54,833 bases of DNA from an uncultured virus (IMG/VR IMGVR_UViG_3300002839_000259) (IMGVR_UViG_3300002839_000259); one strand, 5' to 3'. Positions 21,201-29,370 are shown, numbered from the stretch's first letter. Made by a program: numbers and translations. Notes: a model not told the origin generated them from the letters alone.

Positions 21201-22052
21201 CAAAAATTTGAAAAAATGCTAATCAGTAAGCTTCAGTATTTGGTAGACAAGAAAGCACCGATCAAGCAACCCGGCGGATTGCTTAAAGCCTTGCAATTGA
21301 CTAAAAATGAAACAGCCGGCCAGGGAAAAAACAGCTATGAAAAACAGAATGGTTTTCTGTTTTATGTGCCTGCATGGAATACCAGCAGTATCGATCCCAC
21401 TACAGGGTTTGTAAATTTGTTCAAAAGCAGTGACTTGCGATACGAAAGCATTAATAAGTCTAAAACATTTATCAATCTGATCGATAAAATGCAATATAGC
21501 ACAAGTGCTCAGCATTTTGAATTTAATATTGATTATGACAAGTTTACGGAAAAAGCGCAAGGGACGCGCACTGATTGGATGATTTGTACCCATGGCAAAC
21601 GCATCCGATCTTTCAGGAATGCGGAAACAAACAATCAATGGTGCACTGAAGAAATAGACCTCACACAAGCTTTTAGACAATTATTAGACGATAACGAAAT
21701 TGACTATCAATCGCAAACACTGAAAGAAGACATTCTACAAATGAACACCAGGGCTTTCTTTGTTGCGTTTCTGGATATCTTCAGGCTAATACTCCAATTA
21801 AGAAACAGAAAAGAAAACGGTGATTATCTAATCTCGCCCGTTAAAAATTCAACTGGTGAATTCTTCGATAGTCGTGATAAAAGAAATGGTCTGCCTGAAA
21901 ATGAAGACGCAAATGGTGCTTATAATATTGCCAGAAAAGGCGCCTGGATAATCGACGCGATCAAAGATGCCGATGATGACAAACTAAACAGAGTAAAAAT
22001 GACCATGTCTAATAAAGATTGGTTAACCTATGCCCAAGCCCATTTAATTTAA
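18300..22052 (+). CDS. cas12a: Cas12a (Cpf1), type V-A effector with RuvC-I catalytic Asp replaced by His (H856); predicted DNase-dead
   Basis: 1250 aa; FTNQY.VSKTL.FELIPQG, FTTYF.GF..NRKNMYS, KMLPKVFF, LYLFQIYNKDFS, KVEKQVYQKFEKMLI, DANGAYNIARKG; IIGIHRGERNLLY instead of IIGIDRGERNL. Confidence 0.96.
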   Translation: MQFQDFTNQYAVSKTLSFELIPQGRTLEHVEAKGLLSEDEHRSESYKTVKTVIDRYHKQFIEEALSGFELDELETYQTLYNIANKTSEDQKCFIAIQDTMRKSIVKHIKQHPKFSILDKKELIRDELFTYCENDAEKAMVLEFYKFTTYFSGFNDNRKNMYSDEEKSTAIAYRIVHQNLPKFIDNLKTFSLISNVLSENIKTLNTELQNVLGNMIINDIFALNFFNQTLTQKGIDRYNTLLGGFTDQNNPKKKIKGLNEYINQYNQTLPKTGKIGKLKPLYKQILSDRESISFLPETLQTGQDVLTALRCYYESNLADVINEYGNDGKTLKEVFENLSNYDLSGVFIRNDASIADVSQKIFGNWNIIQQAFDLRYDQTYTGKKSKKPEKYEDERKKYFKNIQSFSIESINEALTYLNDKTKHKQIEKFFSGLGIRENKNNLITIINKAYEDLEKVLGIPYPTDKELSQDTRTVEKIKTFLDSVKALQWFTKLILGKGTEPNKDSLFYGDLLPLWNEIDKITPLYNSIRNYMTKKPYSTEKIKLNFQNATLLAGWDVNQERANTSLIFLKNGLYYLGIMDQEYNKSFIDLPVLPMTTADDVYQKMEYKQLPGPEKMLPKVFFSKARIDEFAPSERVLEIYKNGTFKKGDDFKLEDCHELIEFYKRAIAQHPAWNQFNHQFSKTSAYQNIGEFYNDVKQQGYKITYRDVPVEYMNQLINDGQLYLFQIYNKDFSPHSKGTPNMHTLYWKMIFDEQNLNDVVYKLDGGAEVFYRKASPGIKKTPTHPKNQAVANKNPLNPKKESIFDYDLIKNKRFTMDKFLLHVPIKMNFKANPMTNLNMSVRSYLKTQRKTNIIGIHRGERNLLYVAVINEKGEILEQQSLNTIMNKNNDISHTTDYHDLLDRKEKERDTARKNWQTIENIKELKEGYLSQVIHKITQLMVKYQAIVVVEDLDMGFMQGRQKVEKQVYQKFEKMLISKLQYLVDKKAPIKQPGGLLKALQLTKNETAGQGKNSYEKQNGFLFYVPAWNTSSIDPTTGFVNLFKSSDLRYESINKSKTFINLIDKMQYSTSAQHFEFNIDYDKFTEKAQGTRTDWMICTHGKRIRSFRNAETNNQWCTEEIDLTQAFRQLLDDNEIDYQSQTLKEDILQMNTRAFFVAFLDIFRLILQLRNRKENGDYLISPVKNSTGEFFDSRDKRNGLPENEDANGAYNIARKGAWIIDAIKDADDDKLNRVKMTMSNKDWLTYAQAHLI

Positions 22053-22168
22053 CTTTTACCCAAAAAATGCAAACCAGCGTCTTAATATTTGATGGCGGTG
22101 GTTTGTATAAACAAAAAATCAGCAACATCAAATCCATTGAATGTTGCAATCATGATATCAAATTCAAA

Positions 22169-22197
22169 TTGCTATTAACTTGTAAAAATGTTAAAAT
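22169..22197 (+). promoter_or_regulatory. sigmaA-type promoter for the CRISPR array
   Basis: TTGCTA-N17-TAAAAT with TGn extension; predicted +1 at about 22204, inside repeat 1. Confidence 0.65.
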
Positions 22198-22202
22198 AAG
22201 GC

Positions 22203-22865
22203 TGTAAAAAATAATAACAAATGTCTACTGTCGTAGATGCTACCCATCACATCTACTTGAGGGGTGTAAATATAATAACAAATGTCTACTGTTGTAGATA
22301 CTCCGATATTTGCACATCTTTCAGTATGTAAAGATATTAATAAATGTCTACTATTGTAGATTACAACCAACTGTTCAAAATTACCTGAATATAAAGATAA
22401 TACTGTTTATCTACTATCGTAGATAAACAGTAACACATTTTGCAAAAATTCATGTGAAAATGCTAATAAATGTCTACTATTGTAGATTGGTCAAGTGTTG
22501 CGTAATGTGTTGCATGTAAAGATAATAACAAATGTCTACTGTTGTAGATCAAAAGGCCTTCATATAAATTCCCCAGATGTAAAGATAATAATAAATGTCT
22601 ACTGTTGTAGATGAAGATGAGTACAGAAAAGCTAAAAGATGTAAAGATAATAACAAATGTCTACTATTGTAGATCCCTTGACGCTCTTAGACTCAATTTC
22701 CTATCCAAAGGTGATAACAAATGTCTACTGTTGTAGATAAAAGAATGTTGGAATGAGATGAACTGATTCAAAGATATTAACAAATGTCTACTATTGTAGA
22801 TTCAACCTTATCGATCATATTAACAATATGTGTAAAGGTAATAACAAATGTCTACTGTTGTAGAT
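22203..22865 (+). CRISPR. type V-A array: 11 repeats of 36 nt, 10 spacers of 25-28 nt, possible trailing spacer after repeat 11
   Basis: Consensus ATGTAAAGATAATAACAAATGTCTACTRTTGTAGAT; repeats end at 22238, 22299, 22361, 22424, 22487, 22549, 22612, 22674, 22738, 22801, 22865. Confidence 0.97.
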
Positions 22866-22945
22866 GTAATATGCCAAGATAAGTTCTAAAAAAGTTCATA
22901 AATCCCATGGTAAAGCCATTTTAAAAATTAAAGAAGCATATAATC

Positions 22946-22984
22946 AAAAAGAGTGTACTGCCACATCGGCGGTACACTCTTTTT
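22946..22984 (+). terminator. intrinsic terminator closing the cas12a/array unit (member of a family also near 1581, 7604, 8952, 9575, 10172, 16470, 28960, 36050, 49510, 53755)
   Basis: AAAAAGAGTGTACTGCC-ACATC-GGCGGTACACTCTTTTT. Confidence 0.85.
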
Positions 22985-23073
22985 GATAGAGGTGTTATCA
23001 TAAACAACAAGCAATCGCGGATTGCCGGGATCACAATTAATAAGAAAATTCTAAAATAAAAAGGGGAATATAT

Positions 23074-23502
23074 ATGCGAAATTTTGAAATTCGTTTTATA
23101 AATTTAATGGATTATAAAACCGACGCTGAAATCAAAGCCAACGTAATCGAAATGATGGAGCACCATAGGGATATAAAGGCTATTTCGGGCAAAATAAGCG
23201 GTGTTTTGTTCATAAGCGACCACGAAGATGATTCTACTGGAAAAACGGCGCATACGTGTCTCTTGCATGGTAGAAACATGCTTGAGAGCGTCAATCACGA
23301 TTTTGATCGTTATCAGGATCAATTATTGAGGATCTTTGGTGTTGACGTGGCGATCATTCAGATTCATTCAAAAATTGGCCAGACACTCAGTATTGCCCAT
23401 CATAATAATCGATCAAGCATGATCCACCTGCGACCAGGCTTTGACGGTCCCCAGATTCTGGCTACGCCAGATGTAATATGTAACGTTTCAATTAAACTTT
23501 AA
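23074..23502 (+). CDS. hypothetical protein, close paralog of 51326..51745
   Basis: M.NFEIRFINL...TDAEI.ANV...GFDGPQI..TPDV.C. Confidence 0.8.
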   Translation: MRNFEIRFINLMDYKTDAEIKANVIEMMEHHRDIKAISGKISGVLFISDHEDDSTGKTAHTCLLHGRNMLESVNHDFDRYQDQLLRIFGVDVAIIQIHSKIGQTLSIAHHNNRSSMIHLRPGFDGPQILATPDVICNVSIKL

Positions 23503-23533
23503 AAATATAAATAAGAAAGTTGAGAAATTAATC

Positions 23534-24082
23534 ATGGACAAAAGTACCGTATGCCATCACTGGCATCCCATCTGGTGTGAGTGCGCCGATTGCGACACCT
23601 GTAACGATTTTAATCCGAATGCTACTGTCGTTAAAAACGAAATTCAAACCTGTATTATCAACATTAACACAGCTCTCGAAACTAAAGAAAAAATGGCCTT
23701 GGTGTCATCAGAAACATGGACCACCACAGCCATTAAAGCATTGACCGAAATTATTCAAGGTTTGTCCGATAAAAATACACAAGTGGCACCGGAAAATACT
23801 ATTCTTGATAATAAAAAAGCCTATATCCAGAAATATATCAATGACGAAATCGTATTTTATGAAAATAACGGCCGTGATGACGATGGTAATGAGTTAACCG
23901 CAGATGAGCTAATTAATGGTATTATAAATACGCGAAACACCATCGAAGCCATGTGCACATATGCAGTAGAGACAAAAGATATCAGTGCTAACGAGTCAAA
24001 TCTTTATCGCAATCCTTTTTATGCAAAATTTGAAGAACAAATTCTAATTTTTCATGAAAGAGAGAGACTCAAAAATGAATAA
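23534..24082 (+). CDS. hypothetical protein
   Basis: RBS; N-terminal Cys cluster; C-terminus similar to 7745. Confidence 0.7.
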   Translation: MDKSTVCHHWHPIWCECADCDTCNDFNPNATVVKNEIQTCIININTALETKEKMALVSSETWTTTAIKALTEIIQGLSDKNTQVAPENTILDNKKAYIQKYINDEIVFYENNGRDDDGNELTADELINGIINTRNTIEAMCTYAVETKDISANESNLYRNPFYAKFEEQILIFHERERLKNE

Positions 24083-24287
24083 CCATGAAACAACCGTTGA
24101 AATCGGCATAAAAAATATGATGATGCCGAAAAATTGCCATGACTGTGAATTAATCATTGATTTTTTATCGCCAAATTTGCATTGCGGTATTGATAAATAC
24201 GACCTTAAAGATAACATGAATTATCAAAAAGAACGCCATCCAAAATGTCGATTGATCAATCTCGCTAATAATAGTACGACCATGTAA
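24075..24287 (+). CDS. small Cys-containing phage-type protein
   Basis: MPKNC..C...RHPKC.L; similar small ORF near 36189. Confidence 0.6.
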   Translation: MNNHETTVEIGIKNMMMPKNCHDCELIIDFLSPNLHCGIDKYDLKDNMNYQKERHPKCRLINLANNSTTM

Positions 24288-24326
24288 TCTAAAAATAATT
24301 AAAAACAAAACAGAAAGTGAGCAAAT

Positions 24327-24686
24327 ATGAGTGATAAAAGTGACTATGACATCAGACATACAAACGATCCTAAACCCAGTTGGATGACCAAAGAAATCAT
24401 GGTATCAGATGCTGACTGGCAAATTGCGGAACAACGGCGATTAAACGAAATACAGACCATCGAAGCCGACGATTATGTCGTCACCGTCATAGAATTCCAA
24501 GAAGACTGTAAAACTCTGTCATTCACCGATTATGACGGCTACGGCTACCTGTCCGACGGCAAAACCTATATTGCAGCTGATTGCATTGTGCCCTCGAATC
24601 TCGGCTGGTTTGTCGACAAAAAATATATCAAGAATAAAAAATTCAATAAAAAGAAACTGACGCACGTTGTCTGGTTCAACAAATAA
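24327..24686 (+). CDS. hypothetical protein
   Basis: ORF with RBS. Confidence 0.7.
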   Translation: MSDKSDYDIRHTNDPKPSWMTKEIMVSDADWQIAEQRRLNEIQTIEADDYVVTVIEFQEDCKTLSFTDYDGYGYLSDGKTYIAADCIVPSNLGWFVDKKYIKNKKFNKKKLTHVVWFNK

Positions 24687-24708
24687 AAATACGAAAGCGA
24701 GAATTAAA

Positions 24709-25386
24709 ATGGAAATAAGTATGGGACCATGTCCTGCTGATAAAAAAGTAACCGAAACAGATGTTACACAATTTTATCCAACCGACGATGTCATAAAAAA
24801 AGCAAGAAAAATAAACATGTTACCGCAATTTGGCATCACCTTTGTTGGCATTGACCGACATGACCACAAACAAATTCAAAAAGAATTAATCAGAGCATTA
24901 AAAGACAGAGACATTGACGGTCATGTGTTTGAAAATGGTACAATCCGTACCAATGACCCAAACTGGTGTAATCGCACCGCAGACATGACAGACATATCTA
25001 AAGAAATATCAGGCGTCATGTTTATCATCAGTTGCAATGATTCAATTATGAGTGACGCAATTTATGATCATTTTCTAAATGACGAAGCGTTAAGCTGTAA
25101 CACACTCAAACAAATTGAACCATATAAAGAACGCTTATTTGAATGGTTCAATGCCGAGGTCAATTTAGAAACCCATGCTGTCGAACTATACTCCGATGAT
25201 AATCAAAAAATATTCCTGGTTCGTATGGCTAAAAAGTTAATGATTGTTCGTTTACGTGATCCCGGTAATGGTGCCGATATTTTAGTCACTGAAGACGCCT
25301 CACTGCCATACACCGAGAAGGAACTACCGCCGATTGCCATTGACTTATTAAAAGCCCTGGCACAAAAAACAATAACTGTTTATTAA
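24709..25386 (+). CDS. hypothetical protein with family A-like domain
   Basis: DMTDISKEI.GVMF.I...FLN motif. Confidence 0.65.
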   Translation: MEISMGPCPADKKVTETDVTQFYPTDDVIKKARKINMLPQFGITFVGIDRHDHKQIQKELIRALKDRDIDGHVFENGTIRTNDPNWCNRTADMTDISKEISGVMFIISCNDSIMSDAIYDHFLNDEALSCNTLKQIEPYKERLFEWFNAEVNLETHAVELYSDDNQKIFLVRMAKKLMIVRLRDPGNGADILVTEDASLPYTEKELPPIAIDLLKALAQKTITVY

Positions 25387-25416
25387 AAAACTAAATACAG
25401 AAAGGTGTTGCTGATC

Positions 25417-25854
25417 ATGTACTCAGTATTCGACATAGCTAATTATATTTTGCAGCAATATGAAGCCAAAAATCTCAAAATTAATAATTTGAAACTGCAA
25501 AAAATCTTGTACTATATTCAAATTAATGCATTGCAAAAACACGATCAACCACTATTCCAAGAACCCATTGAAATGTGGTGGGGTGGCGGCAATGTGCCAA
25601 AATTATACTTCGAATTGCAGAAATACGTCTGTACACCCATTCATCCTGATGACAGTTGTTTCACTGATGCTAAACCAATCAATGATTTTGATAAAGAAAT
25701 TATTCAAGAAATTATTGACAAAACGCTTGATAAAAAAGATTTGGAATTAGTGACATCGATCCAAGCAACACAATTATATAAAGATTATTTTGTGACAGGT
25801 GTGCGACACCCGATCAACCATCGAGATTTAAAAAATGGCGAAATAAATATCTAA
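25417..25854 (+). CDS. Panacea (DUF4065/SocA-like) antitoxin-domain protein, orphan
   Basis: YSVFDIANYIL...INNLKLQKILYYIQ...PLF.E.IE.W..G..VP.LY. Confidence 0.85.
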   Translation: MYSVFDIANYILQQYEAKNLKINNLKLQKILYYIQINALQKHDQPLFQEPIEMWWGGGNVPKLYFELQKYVCTPIHPDDSCFTDAKPINDFDKEIIQEIIDKTLDKKDLELVTSIQATQLYKDYFVTGVRHPINHRDLKNGEINI

Positions 25855-25874
25855 AATAAGAAACGAGGACTACT

Positions 25875-26606
25875 ATGTCACTTTTACCAGCGAATATTCA
25901 CCCGTCATGGGAACCACTTTTGTCGAAAAATTTTATTAATAACCTGGCTACGATCGAAAACGAATTAAACAAATTGCCGATCCACACTGATTCTAAGCAT
26001 TCATATTTTCCGGAAAAGGAAAACGTCATGCGTTTTTTGCAGCAAGATCTAGCAAACCTCAAATATATTATACTGGGTATGGACCCGTACCCGTCATGGT
26101 ATACCTTGGATGACGGGATTCATCCTGTTGCAACCGGGCGCAGCTTTGAGATTGGCAACGTCAACAGCTGGCAGCAAAAATTTAAGCAAAATTCGCTCCA
26201 GAACATTGTCAAAACAATTTATTATAATAAAACAGGCAGAAAACTCAGCTTATCTGAAATTCGCAACAAATTAGAAGAAAATAAATTTATTCTCAGTCCG
26301 CCGCACCAATGGTTTGATCAGATCGAACAGCAGGGTGTTTTGTTTTTGAATGCAACGCTGACGGTTACGCCCGGTTGCCCTGATTCACACACCAACTTGT
26401 GGCAACCCATTATGACTGAAGTTATTCAATATATTAATGAACATCACACTGTCAAGTGGTTATTATTTGGCGATAAAGCCCAAAAACGTATTTTGAACGC
26501 TCTTGGCTGCGATTATCCGGATCATGCATGTTGTCATCCGCGACTTTCACGATTTGTTGATGCAAATATTTTTAAATTGGCGTCTGATATCAATTGGTGT
26601 ATCTGA
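25875..26606 (+). CDS. ung: uracil-DNA glycosylase (family 1-like)
   Basis: IHPSW, ILGMDPYP, ATGRSF, QGVLFLNATLTV..G...SH...W, HP. Confidence 0.88.
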   Translation: MSLLPANIHPSWEPLLSKNFINNLATIENELNKLPIHTDSKHSYFPEKENVMRFLQQDLANLKYIILGMDPYPSWYTLDDGIHPVATGRSFEIGNVNSWQQKFKQNSLQNIVKTIYYNKTGRKLSLSEIRNKLEENKFILSPPHQWFDQIEQQGVLFLNATLTVTPGCPDSHTNLWQPIMTEVIQYINEHHTVKWLLFGDKAQKRILNALGCDYPDHACCHPRLSRFVDANIFKLASDINWCI

Positions 26607-26850
26607 AAAAACGACTAAAAAATACCACGTATTTTGAAAAAACAAGAAAGTGAGAAATCATAATGAGCAAGGAAACAAACAATGATTGGCCCAAAATTGG
26701 AACAATTCCTGAAACGAATTTCAACGAACTATACCCAGCAGTATTAATATTAAAAAAACCAAAAGAAACAAGCCTGACTGATGCATATATTGCTTTGATA
26801 GACAAAAAAGACCAAAAAAATGAAGAAATAACCGAAAGTGAGAAATAATA

Positions 26851-27561
26851 ATGGACGAATTAATGTGTGAATACAAAGATGTTTATCTTGAGCCCCGACC
26901 GAATAAAGCAACAGTGCTCGAAGAAAGACACCAAAAACAACAGGCTGAATGGTATATAATTACTGAAAAAAAGCGACAACTTCGAACTATAATCAAGAAC
27001 ACCAACAGTCCTGTATTAGTTGTCTGTCGCCATACTGACAGCCGTTTCCACGTGTATAATGAATTCATGATGGCAAAAGTATTTGAATGCAAAGAAAGTA
27101 TGTTAAACGACTGGAATGCCCGAAAAATACCAATCATGGTCATTATGGAAAAAGACGCTGTTCAAGGTATGAAAATGCACCAAGGTGGCAATACCGTAGT
27201 ATGGTACGATGAACCATCGTCGCCACAGGCGTATGCACAAGCAAATGCCCGTTTGATTCGTCTCGGACAAACCGAAAAAGTGATGGTCTATAACATATTG
27301 TCACAAACAACTAAAACAATGATGAATGCCGTCCTTGACTCCTGCCAGGACATTCAAAAAGACCCCTACACCATCGAAGAAATGAGTCTGATGTTTACAC
27401 TAGCATCGATTAATGAATCAGCAGAACATCTGCGGCAACGTGGCTCAAAAGAAGACGTCTGGCGCTATATTGTAAATAAATACGAAGAATATATACCGAC
27501 ATATAACAAATGGTCTGCAAATCTAAATGGGCCAGTGTCTGATTCGAAATCAAATAAGTAA
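26851..27561 (+). CDS. protein containing only the C-terminal RecA-like lobe of an SNF2-type helicase
   Basis: G...HQGGNTVVWY...Y.QANARLIRLGQTEKV.VY.I; no Walker A/B. Confidence 0.65.
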   Translation: MDELMCEYKDVYLEPRPNKATVLEERHQKQQAEWYIITEKKRQLRTIIKNTNSPVLVVCRHTDSRFHVYNEFMMAKVFECKESMLNDWNARKIPIMVIMEKDAVQGMKMHQGGNTVVWYDEPSSPQAYAQANARLIRLGQTEKVMVYNILSQTTKTMMNAVLDSCQDIQKDPYTIEEMSLMFTLASINESAEHLRQRGSKEDVWRYIVNKYEEYIPTYNKWSANLNGPVSDSKSNK

Positions 27562-27744
27562 AGAAAGTGAGCAATAAAATGGATGAAAAACAAGAATTGG
27601 TCAACAGCGCAATCAGCGCATTCAAAAAAGAAAAAGGCATCGCCAATGATGACAACATCGATGATGCACTGTTAGATGCAAATCAAACCGATGCATTTAT
27701 CAATTGGTTAAACGAATGAAATTAAAATATGGTATGCCGTGATA

Positions 27745-27773
27745 TTGACATAAATTCACAAACGCTGTATAAT
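27745..27773 (+). promoter_or_regulatory. consensus sigmaA promoter driving a putative antitoxin RNA
   Basis: TTGACA-N17-TATAAT with no sense ORF before the terminator. Confidence 0.8.
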
Positions 27774-27779
27774 AAGATT

Positions 27780-27870
27780 ATAAAAGGTGCTACCAATAAA
27801 CGGTTAGCCCGAAACAGTCAGATGTTTTGAAAAAACACTAAACTACTATCAGGGAGGTTAGTGTTTTTTA
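27780..27870 (+). ncRNA. putative type I antitoxin RNA
   Basis: About 90 nt from the promoter to hairpin AAAAAACACTAA...TTAGTGTTTTTT; convergent with a small hydrophobic ORF. Confidence 0.55.
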
Positions 27871-27929
27871 TTTGTCGTAATTTCGTCAATCAATAGTAAA
27901 ATAACCACTAAAATAACTAAATATTCCAC
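27858..27929 (-). CDS. putative type I toxin peptide MEYLVILVVILLLIDEITTNKKH (23 aa)
   Basis: GGAGGTGG RBS, GTG start, hydrophobic core with basic tail; extended -10 TGATATAAT at 27999-28007 on the minus strand. Confidence 0.6.
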   Translation of the reverse strand: MEYLVILVVILLLIDEITTNKKH

Positions 27930-28190
27930 AAAATACCACCTCCAAACGAATGCGAAGTGGCTAACCGCCTACCTATTTACAGCAACACCTTGTCTGTTAT
28001 TATATCATGTATGGCATGGCAAAGCCATTAAAAAAGAAAGTGACTTATTCAAAACATTATTCGTCAGTACATTGCTCTTTGACATAAAAGACATATGACT
28101 CATCAGTGTATTGCCAGCTAGTGTTAATCAGCATTTTTTATTGTTTTATAGTTTCTAAAAACAATAATATAAACGAAAGTGAGGAAGAAA

Positions 28191-28925
28191 ATGGCAAATT
28201 CAAAAACAGCAGGCGAGGTAAAATTGAGATACGGTCTCACTGATGCAAATAAAATTATATGCATTTCGGAATTATCAAAAGAAAATAGAGAAAAAAACGG
28301 CGATTTTTATTGCCCAAATTGCAAATCACCCTTGGTAGCAAAAATGGGCAATAAAAACCAACGACATTTTGCACATAAAAATGCAGATTGCAATAATTCC
28401 AGCGCCAATGAAACCGCGTTACACATGCTTGCAAAAGAAATATTAGTAGCAAATATGAAAATAACTATCCCAGCTTATGAAATTTCTGGGGAAGAATACT
28501 ATACTATGGCTGAGGGGCCATTCTATGATGATTTGGGATATGATGTTTATGGCGAATTGCTAGATAATTTTAAGTATAGTGATGCTCTGGAAATAAAGTT
28601 TGACGAAGTAATCTCAGAAAAGAAAATTGGTGAGATTGTGCCCGATATACTATTGATGGTTGGCAAAAAACAGCTTATTATTGAAATAGCCGTGACACAT
28701 TTTGTGGATGATGAAAAATTAGATAGAATTAAAAAACTAAATATTTCCGCAATAGAAATTAATTTAAGCGCAATTAAAAACAAGGAATTAAAGAGAGAAG
28801 AAATTGAAAATCTAATAATCACTGACGTAAAGTATAAAACATGGCTGCATAACATTAAACATGATAAAGCATTGTTAAATCTCACAGAAAGAAACAGAGA
28901 TATTTGTGCAAAATATTATATGTGA
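28191..28925 (+). CDS. CoiA-like Zn-finger / PD-(D/E)XK nuclease-domain protein
   Basis: FYCPNC...HFAH, ETALH..AK, PDI...IIEIAVTH. Confidence 0.75.
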   Translation: MANSKTAGEVKLRYGLTDANKIICISELSKENREKNGDFYCPNCKSPLVAKMGNKNQRHFAHKNADCNNSSANETALHMLAKEILVANMKITIPAYEISGEEYYTMAEGPFYDDLGYDVYGELLDNFKYSDALEIKFDEVISEKKIGEIVPDILLMVGKKQLIIEIAVTHFVDDEKLDRIKKLNISAIEINLSAIKNKELKREEIENLIITDVKYKTWLHNIKHDKALLNLTERNRDICAKYYM

Positions 28926-29016
28926 AAGTGCGCCACACAAAAATCTTGAATAAGTTAAAAAAGAGTGCCTGGCCTAATCGGCTGAGCGCTCTTTTTTAAT
29001 AACAAAATACATCGTA

Positions 29017-29331
29017 TTATGGTCGGCACGCAACGCTTAATCTATCAATTATTGGATCTGACAGATGACTGACGGATCGGCTTAAACCCGATTTACCCAA
29101 TGCGCCAACAGCATGGGTGACGCCAAGATTGTATAATTTTAATACTGATAATACGTACGCGCCATCAACACCGTCACCATAATCATTCACACAATCAGTC
29201 AGTGATTGAACATAATCGCCGAAGGCGTCAAGCAATGCATCCATTTGCAAATTGTCAAACGGTGTTGTCTGTGCAAGCTTAGAATCAATTATATGTCCGG
29301 ATAGAGACATCATCATTTTCAATTCTGTCAT
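29017..29331 (-). CDS. hypothetical protein, possibly SOS-regulated
   Basis: GGAGG RBS and TGTTATAAT extended -10 on the minus strand; converges on the terminator near 28960. Confidence 0.65.
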   Translation of the reverse strand: MTELKMMMSLSGHIIDSKLAQTTPFDNLQMDALLDAFGDYVQSLTDCVNDYGDGVDGAYVLSVLKLYNLGVTHAVGALGKSGLSRSVSHLSDPIIDRLSVACRP

Positions 29332-29370
29332 CTGTTTATTCCTCCATTATTTTATTTTCGAATAGTCTGT

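Noticed and set aside
22019..22207. 62-aa ORF between cas12a and the array as an accessory cas gene
   Set aside because: Overlaps the cas12a end and the array promoter, has no RBS and no recognisable motif
17236..23502. CRISPR-associated transposon (Cas12k-like) explanation for the dead effector
   Set aside because: No tnsB/tnsC/tniQ or other transposase near cas12a in this window
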